Assembly: GCA_020137815.1 (NCBI GenBank)
Contig: CM035354.1
Location: 2,108,001-2,172,000 of the forward strand
Source: Hormiphora californensis
Lineage: Eukaryota > Animalia > Ctenophora
Reading direction: 5' to 3'
Length of the DNA: 64,000 nucleotides
Of this stretch, positions 1 through 12,735 are shown piece after piece. Each line of letters begins with the position of its first letter. Positions within the stretch are counted from its first letter, which is position 1. The notes under the pieces were generated by a model that was not told the DNA's origin, did not search any database, and saw only the letters and a list, made by a program, of their open reading frames with translations. A program made the translations under genes and the position numbers.

Positions 1-993
1 TATATATAACATACATATTTACATAAAACTGTGTGGCTATAGCCTTTCATATAATTATGTGATTAAGAAATTAGAATCACTGCGCTGGCAAGCGCAAAGG
101 TGACCACCACCTCCCCCCAGCCGCGTGTGCCAGAAAGCAGTAATAAGTTTTTTCAGTTTTTAGCCAAAAATGGCATTTTGCGACGCCCATAGCGAGGCCC
201 CCACTTCACCAATCGGCCTGAAATTTGGTATACAGTGTCACGTAGACTAGATCTACTGGAGTTTAAAAGGGCAAGTCTCTATCTCTTTTAGTTTCAGAGT
301 TATGACATGGTGAAAAAAGCAATAAATGTCCCGGGTCTATATATACATCCATATATATATATATAGATAGACGCTTTTTTACACAATTTGCAGACAATTT
401 TCTGGAAAAACTACAAGAGATAGACACTTCTCGTTTGTTGCATTCGAAAGATAATCGTTTGAATTGTGTTATTGGACGGTTTTCATGTTCTAGGTCCAAC
501 CAGAACGTCCTTAAAAACTGTCATAAAGTTAAGACATTTTTCAAATCGACCAAATTTCTTTGAGCTCAATTTACACCCTGAAGACGGTTTAAGATTGAAA
601 AATGGAGACCACACTTATGAAAGATAATCGTCTAAACTTTCAGAAACTATATTGCGAATTTGTGAAACTCTATTTCCAAGAGTCTTAAATCGCGTCTGAA
701 GTTTTAAGACTGTATGAAAATAGATATGACGATAGTGCGTTTTTCGCCATAGCGACCTCAAATCTTGTCCAATCGATCTCAAACTTGGTCAGCATCTTTA
801 TCTAGATGAGCCTGATAATAATTTTTTACTAGCATGACGTTATAACGTCGTGACGTCACGCTATGACGTCACAATGAAGTCAAAATCGAAATTTTCGTAC
901 TTAAGCGATTCCTGACGGTCTTTACAAGTTCTGCTACGTCCAGACATGTCTTACATCGTATTTCACATCAGAAAATACCAAAAATGAACATAA

Positions 994-1106
994 ATTATGC
1001 CAAAAACTAACAGAAATTAGTTGGCTGGAAAGGTGACCACTTTTGTTGTCAAACTGACACCTTTGCCCGGCCCGGGTTACGGAAAGAGAGGGAAAGAGAG
1101 AGAAAA

Positions 1107-1173
<67 letters not shown>

Positions 1174-1300
1174 AAGAAATCATAGTGATCAGAGAGGGAA
1201 ATATAATGATGAAAAAACCCGGAGAGGGCTAAGGTGTCAGTTTGACAACAAAAGTGGTCACCTTTCCAGCCAACTAATTTCTGTTAGTTTTTGGCATAAT
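994..1300. mobile_element. Foldback/MITE-like element: 70-bp inverted arms enclosing a (GA)n microsatellite
   Basis: 994-1063 (attatgccaaaaactaacag...gacacctt) is the reverse complement of 1231-1300; the spacer holds a GA repeat. Confidence 0.75.
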
Positions 1301-1488
1301 ATTATTATATATATTCTGTCAGTTTGTCACCAGCACTGATTCCAATGGAAAGAGAGTTATGAAATAGGATCAACCGATTTTTTGAGTGACTTGAAATCAG
1401 TGCTGTGTATTATTAACCACTATTAAATAACGAAAAAACTCTGTTCACTCAACCCATTTCTGCAAAAACGCCTTTAAAAAAGTCACTC

Positions 1489-1696
1489 GTTGCACCAGGC
1501 AAGAGGTATGCGGCACTCCAACAATTATAAACCCGTTACACAATCTTGCACCAGGCAAGAGGGCTGCACTCCAACACAATTATAAACCCGTTACACAATC
1601 TTGTACCAGGCACCACCAATCTTGCACCAGGCAAGAGGGCAATGAATTCCCTCTCAATTCTATGAACCCCAATTGTTATTATGAACCCCAATTGTT
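1489..1696. repeat. Imperfect tandem repeats immediately 3' of the CEP83-like stop codon
   Basis: ttgcaccaggcaagagg and caattataaacccgttacacaatc recur 2-4 times; tatgaaccccaattgtta occurs twice, abutting the stop. Confidence 0.8.
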
Positions 1697-4000
1697 ACAC
1701 AATTTTCTCAAGATCAGCCTGCTTTTCCTGGAAATCGTCCAAGTTTTTGTTGATCTCTGCCAACTCATTGTGCTGCTGATGGGCACCCGCTAGTAACGAT
1801 GAAAACGGATCCGGCATGGGCATAGCTCCCCCATTCCGCGACGAATCCCCAACACCTGGACCGTACAACAAACCTTCAAACTCAGAGGCTTTCAACTTGA
1901 AACTGTCAATTTGCCGCCGCAGTTTCGTCACATCAAGTTCATGGGCTTTCCGGAGGGAATCTTTTTCCATCTCGTACTGCTTTTCCTTAGCCTGTGCACA
2001 GATAATGGAATCCTTCAGCACCGAGATTTCTTTCTGGTACTGGTTTTTCTGTTTCTTCGCTAGATTCAATATCTGTTCACGCCTCTTTTCGCCCTTTCCA
2101 GCACGCTTTTTTAGCGTCTGATACTTCTCGTTAATGGCCTCATTTTCTTTCTCCCAAGTTTGTTTGTTCGCGTTGCAGATTCTCTCAAATTCCCCCTTTA
2201 GTTCGACAATCTGAGCTCGTAGAGAGGCAACTTCGTCATTCGCTAGCTTGTTCTGTGCCTTCAATTTATCATTCTCAAGGATCTCCTCTTTGTACTGGGA
2301 GTTGGCAGCCTTCAGCTGAGCCTGCAGGGTACTGGCCTCGTGTTCTATCCTCATGTAGTGCGAGATATCCTTATCCTTACACTCCACAGTGGATTGAAGT
2401 TTCCTAATCTCATTCAGCAGACCTTCCTTCTCCTTTCCAGCCCCATCCGCCGTACTCTGCAACATTTCTTTCTGGTTTCGCAGCTTTTCCAGTTCGATGT
2501 TTTGGGCGTGAAGTTTCTCTGAGTGCTGCTTTTCTGCTGCTATCAGCTTCGCCTCAATTGTTGATTGTCCTTCCTTTGCCTTATTCACTGCATCCCATTG
2601 CTGATCCTTTGCAGCCTGTAACTTTTCGTTAAAATCTTTCTCCTTCTGCCGAAGGGTTCCCTTTAGCTGATCGATAGTTTTTGTCATGTAATCAATTTGA
2701 GTCTTGTTATCACATAGTTTAGACTCATAATCGTCTCCCTCTCGTCTCACATCAGACAACTGTCGCTTGTGTTCATTCTCCGCCATCACCAGCTCCATCT
2801 TGTGTCTCTGAGCCAATTCCTCCAGTTCTGAATTCGCCCTCATAACCTGATCCTCCAACTTTGCAATTTGTGGGATCTGCTTCGTTAGATCGGTGTTCGC
2901 CTGCTCCAATTTGTCCGAGAGTTTCTCTACTCGGTTGTGAAGGTTCTTGTTCTCGTTGGATGTTAGTTCGTGCTTCACGTGCAGTTCCGAGAGTTGGGTG
3001 GATACTTTAGCTACACGCTCATCTGCTTTTCGGCCCTCTTCGTTGAGTGCCCTGCGAAGAGATTCGTTTTCCGTGCACAGTGCCTTCACCTTGGCCGTTA
3101 GTTTGACATTTTCCTTCGCTAGTACAACAGATTCCTGAGCGGCGACACCCTTCTGCTCCATAGATTTTTTCATGTGCTCACATTTCCTCTGGAGGGTATC
3201 GACATCTAGCTTGTGCTTCGCTGCCACATCCTCAAACTTCTGCGTAAACTCATTCTGGCAATTCTCATACTCGGTTTTCAGGAAGTTGTAATCGTACTTC
3301 AGTTTGTTCAGCTCCTTCCGATACGCATCCACCTCGTCCTCAGTCTGGGAAAGGTGCTGCTTGTAGATTAGTTCCACATCACGCAGCAAACTCTGCCTTA
3401 GATTCTCCTGTTTGGCGGGAGTCATAACACGAGATTTTAGGCTTTCATTTTCGAGTAAAAGTTGGTCTCGCTCCGATTCAAGTTTGTAAAGACGATGCTC
3501 GTAGCGTTTGGTGTGGCTTGAAATATTCGTCTCTTTATCCATGATGTCTTCTTTTAGGGCCGCCGTCTCCGACTGAAGCTTCATGTGCTGTGCCTCAAGA
3601 AGTGTGAAATTGTTTTTGTACTTCTCGGCGGTTAGTCGTTGGTTTTCCAACATTGCTTCCAGGCCGTTCTTCATCTCAAGCTCCTGAGGATAGAGAGAGA
3701 GGTGTAAGCTCCTGAGGATAGAGAGAGGTGTAAGATTTGAAAGGACGGGGGAACAAGTCTAATAGTTCGGAGATCACCATTGTTCACATTTAATTTAATT
3801 AATACACAAATAACATTTGCTAGATTTTTGCAACAAACTTACTTTTCTAACAAGTTTAGAGCTTATCTGTAACAATTTAGTGTAATAATAAACCAATCTG
3901 TCATGGATAACAAGTTTCATTTCCTTACCTGCATGATTAGTCGTTCGGTCGAGCAGTCTCCGGCAGTGACCTCATAGCTGCCGTCCCCCACCTGCTGCAT
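1695..4000 (-). CDS. CEP83: Long coiled-coil centrosomal protein, CEP83/CCDC41-like; exons 4000-3929 and 3683-1695
   Basis: 659-aa heptad-rich ORF. LEAMLENQRLTAEKYKNNFTLLEAQHMKLQ resembles the CEP83 N-terminus, and 'YRKELNKLKYDYNFLKTEYE' also fits. A 72-nt upstream exon (MQQVGDG...LIMQ|gtaagg) joins in phase 0 to the acceptor at 3684. Confidence 0.7.
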
Positions 4001-4233
4001 TGCTATTTAAAAGAGGTTGAGAAATTAGGTCTGGGAACTGGGATAATAGGGTAGTGGAGGGTTTTAAAACTATTGAAACAGCAGCAGATTGCAAGATACG
4101 AACTTTCCAAAACACCTAGATATACTCACACACAAATAAACATGTACACTCCACCGGGGCACTACAACGCACACACTCTTAGAAATTCTTTCTTTTTTCC
4201 ATCAAAGAAACACTGTAAACACCCTCTCCCTAC

Positions 4234-6588
4234 TTAATCCAACTGGTCCTCAAAGTTTATCTGAATTTGCTGCAAGGAAGCAATCCCCTCATCCTCCGTA
4301 GTGGACACATTGGGTGAAACCTCGTCAGGTGAAACTTCAGCAGAGATATCCCCGGGCGAGATGACTTCCTCTTCCTCAATCTCCTGGAGGGGGCTGCTCC
4401 GTTCACTCCCATTATCATCCCCCTCCCTCTGCACCTTGACATAATCCACACTCACATCCGAGGAACTGCTACCGGCCTCCACCTTTCCTTTCTGCTCGTC
4501 ATCACTGAGTTTAGCCTCGAAATAACAACTGTCATCCTCCTCACTACTCTCCTTGTTGTTGTGTTGATTGGTGTTGTTGTTGAGGTTGCCGACACTGACC
4601 GCATCATAGAAACACTCCTCCTCCTCATCATCCTCACTACACAACACACCGTGACTAATGGACTCCGTGAAATCTCGCCTCTTGTAGAACAACACATACG
4701 CTGCTTGACTCTGAACATCATTGTCGGTTATGTCGGTGACACACCGATCGTCAAACTCCCTCCATGTCGTCCCTTCACCGGATAACTTTGCAAAGGCGGT
4801 GTAGTGCCCCCGGTACAAGCTGCCGTAATGGTTGGCAACACCATACAGGTCGTATGTGTAGTATGATTGTCCAACGTCAGTTCGGGGGACCGAGTATCCA
4901 GAGAGATCCAGCTCTCGAATTGGGAATGTGATGTGCTTGTCAACTTTATCGAACATGATGATATTCTTGGCTTGGAACCTCTTTAAGTGGACAATGAGGT
5001 AGTTGGGGCAGCTGAATAGAGATATTTGTTTGGTTGCCCGCTGTAACTTGTTACACCTCGGACACTTCCACAGCTCTGTACTGGGTAGCTTTTCCTCTTG
5101 GGTAAACATCTCAAAACAATCGCCCAGGGAGATCTTAGGAGGACTGTACGTCAAGCTCCGGTGATCGTCAATCTCGAAATCTGTCTGACCAAGGAGGTTG
5201 GAGTTGGTGTTATCATACACCAGCATTAAGGAAAGGTTTTCGGTTGAGACACGGATAAAATCTGCTGCTTTACTGGATGCCGATAACTGGAAGTTATCAA
5301 GTGGAACTCCACTTCGATCGCACACCTTCAGCTCCGTTCGAAATTTGGCTTTTTGTTGCTGGATAAACGACAGGTTGGTGTTGGTTGATGTGATGAGGGA
5401 AGTGAGCTTTTCGAGCTTGAGATCCCGTCGCTTCACAAAGATTACAAGGGGTAACCCCACAAGTTGAGGTGTTCCCTTACACTCCAACTTGTGTACCTTG
5501 AAGTGCTTCTTTTGGCATTCATGGTTACAATAACTAACCTTCTTGCACCGCAGGCATCGTTTTAGGTCACCCTGTCTGGTTACAACAGGCACAATTGTTC
5601 TGGGGAAGGGGGTGAGAGACGGAGAAGAGAACTCTCAGAGCGACCGATCCCTCGACTGAGTGCCGATTTTCCTGGATAATCAGCTGGCCATCGTTTAGAT
5701 CCCCAGGCGTTACCGTGTCGTCTGGTGTGTATACATTGAGTAGCAGGGTCTTAGAGATGGTATACATGGCCAGCTTATCCCCAGAAATCTCCAGTTCTTG
5801 AGATATCGATTTGAGAAGGTTGTGAGATGATACGGGGAGGTTAGCGTACACTTTACACCTCTTTACTCCTGCTGCCGAGCTGGAAAGGAAGAAATACTCG
5901 ACCGGAGTTTTACCCTTTGAGAGGGGAAGGGACAGGTACATATACGGATCGAAGGTGATGGAAACTTTAGAGCACTCTAAACACGTGACCTTTGATTTGT
6001 ACTGGCCCATAAAATTTTCAACAAAATAAGATGAGTTTCGTTGTTTATGAAAGTTCCAGGACTCGGATGCGACCTCCCGGTCACACTTTCCGTCACCGTC
6101 TGGCATGGTGAAGGTCCGCTTGATGTCACCCTGGTTGAGATCCTCGTGGAGGGTATCAAGGAGGACTGAGAGGAACTCCTGAGCGTCCTGTTGTTGGAAT
6201 CCCGAGTACATGTCTGATTTCTTGGCCAGCATCGCCTTCAGGTTGTGAGGGCTACAGGAGCCCTGCCTGTGCGACCACATTTCTTGAAGGAGGGCATGAT
6301 ACACCTGAAGAGTGGAGTGTTACAAAACACGTCAGTAAGCAATTTAGTATCGATTAGCATTAATTATCAAGATCAAGGGTTTGTTTGTTCGTTTGTTACC
6401 TCTGCTGTTTTGCCACCTGTTCCAATTGGATTGAATCTGTTTATTTGCTCTTTAAACTGCCCAAGGAGAAATAAATCTCGAAGTCCTCTACAGTGGGCCA
6501 AACATTGTAGTATACAGTTCATATAGCAGGTGTTACCAATGTTTGCCAGACCACATTGGCTGCTGTTTTCCAGGTATAAATCGGACAT
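4234..6588 (-). CDS. USP19: USP-family ubiquitin hydrolase with an inserted MYND zinc finger (USP19-like); exons 6588-6400 and 6304-4234, with an apparent 1-nt frameshift at about 5570
   Basis: Cys box GLANIGNTCYMNCILQCL; QQDAQEFL; His box NHYGSLYRGHYTA and EFDD; MYND CACC..LKRCLRCKKVSYCNHECQKKHFKVHKLEC; GT-AG intron 6399-6305. No CS domains or C-terminal TM seen, so orthology is tentative. Confidence 0.8.
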
Positions 6589-8137
6589 TTCTAAAAACTT
6601 AACATGAAATTTTATTCTTGAATTCGACGATTATTCAGCAACCAGTGTTGCAATAAGCGAGCAGGATGATTATTTCTAAAATAAGAGCAAGAACCAGAGG
6701 CGGTGCCCCATACCCGGCGCTCGCCCCTCTGCGGACTGGGCCAAGGGCAAATGCCCCGGAGTGATGGGGTGAAACCCCACAAGGTGGAGGTGTAGGGACA
6801 GAGCCTGAAAAGAGTTTAATTCGCTCACATGCTACAGACGTGGGACAAGGCAGCAGAGCCTGCAACGCAGCAAATTTGAAATTCGTTCACACTGAAAACA
6901 AAATTCGAAAACAAAATTTTTTGTTAAAATTTCATCTGCATCGCAGATAGCGCGCCGCAGCGTAAAGTACTTAAATTTATGCGCTTTACGTTAAAATTGA
7001 ATTCTGGCTGCGTAAAATGTCCACCCGTTCTTCGAAATCGTTGGAAAGGATATTTGGTGTTGTACCACTTTGCAGGTTCACTCTGTGACCGATCGTGGTG
7101 TGCGTTTTTTATCTGAGACCCCGATGTCGGATTGCTGTTTCTCTAAAAAAAAAAAAATGTTTTTCCGAAGTTCCAAGTTTCTGATTTCTTTGAAAAGCGC
7201 TGCCTTATCCCGCGCTATCGGGGGCCAGCAACGTTTGCCAACTGATTTCTCCAAGTTTTGAAAAATGAAAAGCCCTTGGCCTTTCCTGAGCTGGTCACTG
7301 GTGTTGCATTATCCCGTAGTCCGTACTACTACTACTATAGACGCGGTGTTAGTTTTAACGATAATCTCGGTGTTCTTTAAGTATATCTTTAAGTTCTAGT
7401 TTAAACGAGTAGTGAACTAGCATATTTAACGCATGATAGCGGGATATAAATATTCGATATTATTATTATTATTATTAGATGGGCCTGTGGTCCAACTCAG
7501 CGTTGGTAGCTTTAGACTGTAGAGGTGGATCTGTCATCTGACCGAGCGCGGTGCGTCCAAGCGTCCATGGACAACTATCCGATGTATTTATCCCTAAGCC
7601 CCCTGACCGTGGCTGCCGCCTCTGGCCCCAAACTAACAGGGACACGCTGGGTCGGGGCCAGCTCCGTTAAGTAAAACCCAAACTCTAAAAGAGTCAATTG
7701 GGTTTTGTCATATTTTTCATAGCTCCACCCCGCCCCCCTTATCACTATAAGTTGTCAGCTATTTTAGAACAGATTACGTAAGCCAGCTGTAGAGAAGACA
7801 TATGTTATAACATGTTACGACCATCTGTATCCGTCAAAAGAATTTTGGCAAGACTAAAAGCGAAACAAACAGTTGGGCTATTACCAGTTACATATGGTTT
7901 CTCTACTGATTTACGTTATCTGTTTTATAAATACCTGAACTTAAGTTCTAACTTCTAACTTTAGCTTTCACTTCTAACCACTTAGCAGTTGCTACCTTCC
8001 TGCCATCTTGTTAGCAAATCCTTATTCCTCATAACTAGACAAGCCAAGTTAAAATATTACCTAGCTCTCTTGTTATGACTAGTTGGGAATGTTATTTATA
8101 TTCTCACGCCCCCCCCCCCCTCCAGCTGATATGTAAG

Positions 8138-9478
8138 ATGGATGATCAAGAGGAAGACGTATGGGACCAGGCCGGCCAAAATGCTCTCTATAACCTCACC
8201 ACAACATCAGCGCCTGGTGCTACTGCCGTGGTAAATAACGATGATGATGATGATTTTGAATTCGAGGAGGTGAACTCCACAGCGAACAATGTTAATGGAA
8301 CTTTCCAGAAGAACTTGTTGGAGAAGAGGATGGTGGAGGAAGACACTCTAAATATCCTCTCACCCGCCATCAGCAGGAAAAAGGACGAGACCTTCATCAA
8401 GACCCTCAACCGACCTGTATTAGACACGGGGAAGGTGATCAACTCAGCTGAACTTCGCAATCTGGACAGTCCCACCATTCAGAAGCGACAACCAGACAAG
8501 TTGATACCCCGGGATTCGTCCATTCCGAATGATCTGAACGCCTCCACTACCTCCACTACCCTGGCCCCAAACATTGTGGAAGACCAGAACGTATCCGGGG
8601 AATGGCTGGAGAGGGAGATAGGATCAGAGGTGCCATCTCAAGGTGCCCTCGTCCTCTCAACTCCCCTTCTCTCCTACCAAGAGGCAGTACAACATTTCAA
8701 GGAGATCGACATGACATCCCATGAGCCTGACATCATTACCTCCATCAACCTCTCCGGTCTGACAAAGTTCATTGCTCAACTGTGCGGTCCTCCCAAGATG
8801 AAACCAGAACTGAAAAACGAGAAAACGTTCATTTTCTGTCTGGCCAGGTGTCAGTTTGACAATGAAGATACGACAGATTTCCAGCTCCTCCTCACCATCT
8901 ACAAGGTCCTCACGGGCTCCACCCTGGATTGTTCTCGGTTAGGATCCCATTGGCAGGATATCGGGTTCCAGGGTAGTGATCCAGCCACAGATCTCCGAGG
9001 GACGGGAATGCTTAGTCTCCTGACCATCCTGTATTTGGTACGGGAGCACCAGCCACTAGCAGCAAAGCTCTACCAGCTGTCCCTCCACGAAACTCAGAAT
9101 TTCCCGTTTTGTGTGTTGCTGATAAACCTCACTAAGATCTCTCTAGTGGCACTCCGGAACGGATACCTTAACAAGGAGTGTAACAAGAGATTTGCAATTT
9201 TGCCCATCTTCTGCGATCTATTCGCGGCCCTGACCCTTGAACACTATAAAATCTGGAAGCAGGGAAAGACAATTCGTGATTCGGGGTTTGTTTTAAAACG
9301 ATTACAAGAGCGAACGAAATCCACATCTGAGTGTTTGGAGTTGATCAGAGCCTTCAAGCGATATTGCAATGAGAAGGATGGGATTTTTGAAAAAAGTGAC
9401 ATTGTCTTTCTTAATGTTAGTAAGGAGAGGAGTTACACTAACGCTCAGAGTCGAGTGAAAAAGTATGCTGCCAGGTGA
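8138..9478 (+). CDS. ELMOD3: ELMO/CED-12 domain protein (ELMOD3-like, putative ARL GAP); intronless CDS
   Basis: GSHWQDIGFQGSDPATDLRGTGMLSLL and FPFCVLLINLTK are ELMO-domain motifs. The likely start MDDQEED follows a ccctccag acceptor. Confidence 0.85.
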   Translation: MDDQEEDVWDQAGQNALYNLTTTSAPGATAVVNNDDDDDFEFEEVNSTANNVNGTFQKNLLEKRMVEEDTLNILSPAISRKKDETFIKTLNRPVLDTGKVINSAELRNLDSPTIQKRQPDKLIPRDSSIPNDLNASTTSTTLAPNIVEDQNVSGEWLEREIGSEVPSQGALVLSTPLLSYQEAVQHFKEIDMTSHEPDIITSINLSGLTKFIAQLCGPPKMKPELKNEKTFIFCLARCQFDNEDTTDFQLLLTIYKVLTGSTLDCSRLGSHWQDIGFQGSDPATDLRGTGMLSLLTILYLVREHQPLAAKLYQLSLHETQNFPFCVLLINLTKISLVALRNGYLNKECNKRFAILPIFCDLFAALTLEHYKIWKQGKTIRDSGFVLKRLQERTKSTSECLELIRAFKRYCNEKDGIFEKSDIVFLNVSKERSYTNAQSRVKKYAAR

Positions 9479-9833
9479 CTAACGGAGGTAGTTTTCACAA
9501 TTTTTTTCCAGTTTTGTTCCTCTTTTTAAGATTGTTGATTCCCCGTGCGAGCAGTGAGTATGTGTGTGTTTTCCCACAATTTTGTTCAACAAAGCACCAG
9601 TTAGAAGAACATAATATTTGAGTTTTCTCACAGTGTGAGGAAGTATAGGCTTGTTTTCTGTGTGTATGAGAGAAGAAGAGGAAAGACGGAGAGAGAGAGA
9701 AAAAGGGAGATTATGATATTCGAAGTGTGTGAGGTTGTTTTCTTGTAAAAATTCATATTTTATGTGATAAGCGGCTGGTGTTTGGCTCTCTGTGTGTGTG
9801 AGCAAACCACAGGTGTAAAACGGAGAGAGAGAG

Positions 9834-9910
<77 letters not shown>

Positions 9911-10403
9911 CAGTGAGAGAGAGAATGAGAGATACAGTGCGAGAGAGGAGCAGAATGAGTGAATACTGAATACACAGGTGCTCAATGCTGGCCACCACTG
10001 CACTACAGTCCGCAATGTAATTGTTTGAGTTATAATACAATTCACACTTCTTCTCTTTTTGATACGAATACACGAGTATTGTTCTGCATGTTACAATTCG
10101 AATCAGACCTTGAAATAAAAGTCTGACAGTGGGAAGAAAAGGAGCGATGGGAAGTCCGAAATTGTGGGAAGGATAGAGTGACTGGAGAGAAGAAATTGGG
10201 AGAGAGAGAGGGAGAGAGGGAGAGATGGGAGGGAGAGATTGGAGGGAGAAAGTAATAAGAAGGAGTTGATTCACTTCTACATCTGACAGCTGCCTGTGAC
10301 AGAGTGGACTCATCTTTGCAACACGCATACACTCACAACGTGTTATTTTTACATCTTGACCATCTCTCTGATTCTCTCTCTGAGTCTCTCTCCCTCTCAC
10401 TCT

Positions 10404-10460
<57 letters not shown>

Positions 10461-10844
10461 TCTCTCTCTCTCTTCCTCTCTCTCTCAAGTCGCACACAAC
10501 AAAAGCAGCATACAATAGATTGCTGTCAATAATCAATCCCACACCCCACCCCTCCCGTCCCAAATATAGAAATCAAATAGAACCACCTAATTCTGGCCAT
10601 AACACGTGTTTGTTCACAGTTCCCTTCATGTCGTTATTCATTTGTTTGTTCGTGAACTGGGTGTCTATGTTGGTTTGTCTGTTTGTGCCTTGATGCTTTT
10701 GTCTGTTTTGGTGCTACAGCAGTAAGTAGGCGACTGCAGTACTGTCAAGTACTTTGTGTAGTGTCTACAGCTGCACTGCAGGGTGGATATAGCAGCTGTA
10801 TCAATACCATTCCTTTTTATCTAAGTATCAAACTTGATACAATA

Positions 10845-10927
<83 letters not shown>

Positions 10928-11335
10928 AAATGATTTTGTATCCACCAATGCTGTTACAGGGCTCCAGATCCTGCGCGGGGAAGTAATTATTCAAGACATG
11001 TGACCAGGAAACGCCGTGTTGTGATACACAGTACCAAGATGGTGGTGTATACTGCTGGAGAAAAAAAGATAGAGAGAATATTAAAGAGAGAGAAAGAGAG
11101 AAAGAGGGAGAGAGCAAGAGAGAGCAAGAGAGAGAAAAAACTTCTTAGTATTGATATCACATGTAACCATGGTTCTCTTGGTTTCCTTTTTTTCGTTGCC
11201 TGTTTTTCACACAACACAAACGGTTTTGTCACAAACCCGCTCTCAGCGAAGAAACCTTTGTACAACTCGAGTGACGCCCACTCAGCATTTTTCTCCCAAT
11301 TCTCTTTCCCAGTTCTCTCCCAGTTCTTTCTACTA

Positions 11336-12197
11336 CAGTCGGACCCCGATTTAACGGCCCCCGATTTAGCGGCACCCCGATTTAACGGCAGGATAAATTT
11401 CCCCAAAAAATTTTTTGAAATTTTTTTTGAAAATTTTTTGAAAAATTTTTCAAAATTTTTCAAAGGTGTAACCACGTCCGAATCGTGTTTCGAATCGGTG
11501 CACCTTATTGCATTTCTTGCCGGTAATTAGACGGTTCGAAACGAACAGATATGTGATCCCCATGAGGCCCATCGAGTCGCAATTTTGACGCTTGTTAAAC
11601 TGGCCCCATGGGGATCACGTATCGGTTAGTTTCGAACCGTCTAATTAGCGACAGGACGTGCGATAAGATGCACTGATTCGAAACACGATTCGGACGTGGT
11701 TACACCTTTGAAAAATTTTCATAACTTTTTTTGCAAAATTCTAAAGAATGATTGTCAATGCTCCCCATGAATTTTCAGAGGAAAATATATTTTGAAATTC
11801 GAATTCTCCCTCACCCCGCTTAAAGTGCCAAGATTTGGCATGGTATCACGTATCGGTTCGTTTCGAACCGTCTAATTAGCAGCAAGACATGCGATAAGAT
11901 GCACTGATTCGATAAACGATTCGGACGTGGTTGATATGTAGTATGTACCTTAGAAAATTTTTATAACTTTTTTGAAATTGAAAAAAAATTATTTTCTTTT
12001 TCCAATCAGAAAATAGAAATGATCATGTAATCAATACATGGACATTGAATTTAACACTTAGAGGTGTTTTAGTAGAGCATTTTGAACAAAAATAGGGTTT
12101 TATGGGCCAAATATGCTCTACCCCGATTTAACGGACACCCCGATTTAACGGACAAAACCCTTTCCCCCGAGGGTGCCGTTAAATCGGGGTCCGACTG
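11336..12197. mobile_element. Non-autonomous Tc1/mariner-pogo-type DNA transposon
   Basis: TA|cagtcggaccccgatttaacggc ... gccgttaaatcggggtccgactg|TA terminal inverted repeats (TIRs), subterminal ccccgatttaacgg repeats, and internal ~100-bp direct and inverted repeats. Confidence 0.9.
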
Positions 12198-12735
12198 TAT
12201 TTCAATTCTATTTTTACCCCATTCCTGTTTCGGCCTCTTTACATCACCTTAGTAGGTCACGACAATCAGTCTCCACAGGCTAACTATCTCTCTATCTTTC
12301 TCTCTCTTTTTCCCTCTCTCTTTCCCTTCATCAATTTCTACTGGGAAAACATTTACCAACGGAATTACCTTTGACAGCTTTCTGTCAGTCATACAGACGA
12401 TACTCCTACCTCATGCAGCAGCAGGAGGCGCTAACACATTGCACACACCCTGAGTAATATAATTTTAGATTTCAACAGATGTAACACATACTTGGAATCT
12501 GACGGTTACATGGTTTTTTGACGGTTATCTCTACAGATTTGAGTGGTGTGTGTGTGTTTCCGCACACGAACGGCGTGTGGGAGGGTAACAACTGAGCTGT
12601 GCAGTGATAAAGTGTGTGTGTGTATGTGACATACTGGTCTAACACATAACCGCATCTTGTGTAGATTTTCGCAGTTCTTTTTACAGGGTGTTTAGCGTTT
12701 GTTTAAATCGACACTTAATATTTTGATGCCTCCAA

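Noticed and set aside
578-605. ctgaagac...gaaa hammerhead-like string (also ctgatgag...gaaa at about 61747)
   Set aside because: Stem II is mostly G-U pairs or absent, and no stem I or cleavage triplet could be built.
1816-5467. Short antisense or alternate-frame ORFs overlapping the CEP83-like and USP genes
   Set aside because: Shadow ORFs of real coding sequence with no recognisable motifs.
9479-11117. ORFs rich in SLSLSL/ERERER (also near 20.7, 38.7, 47, 48.2 and 49.2 kb)
   Set aside because: They are translations of (GA/CT)n microsatellites.
10987-11530. 162-aa and 176-aa ORFs overlapping the pogo-like element end
   Set aside because: Low-complexity sequence with no DDE transposase motifs; the element is non-coding.
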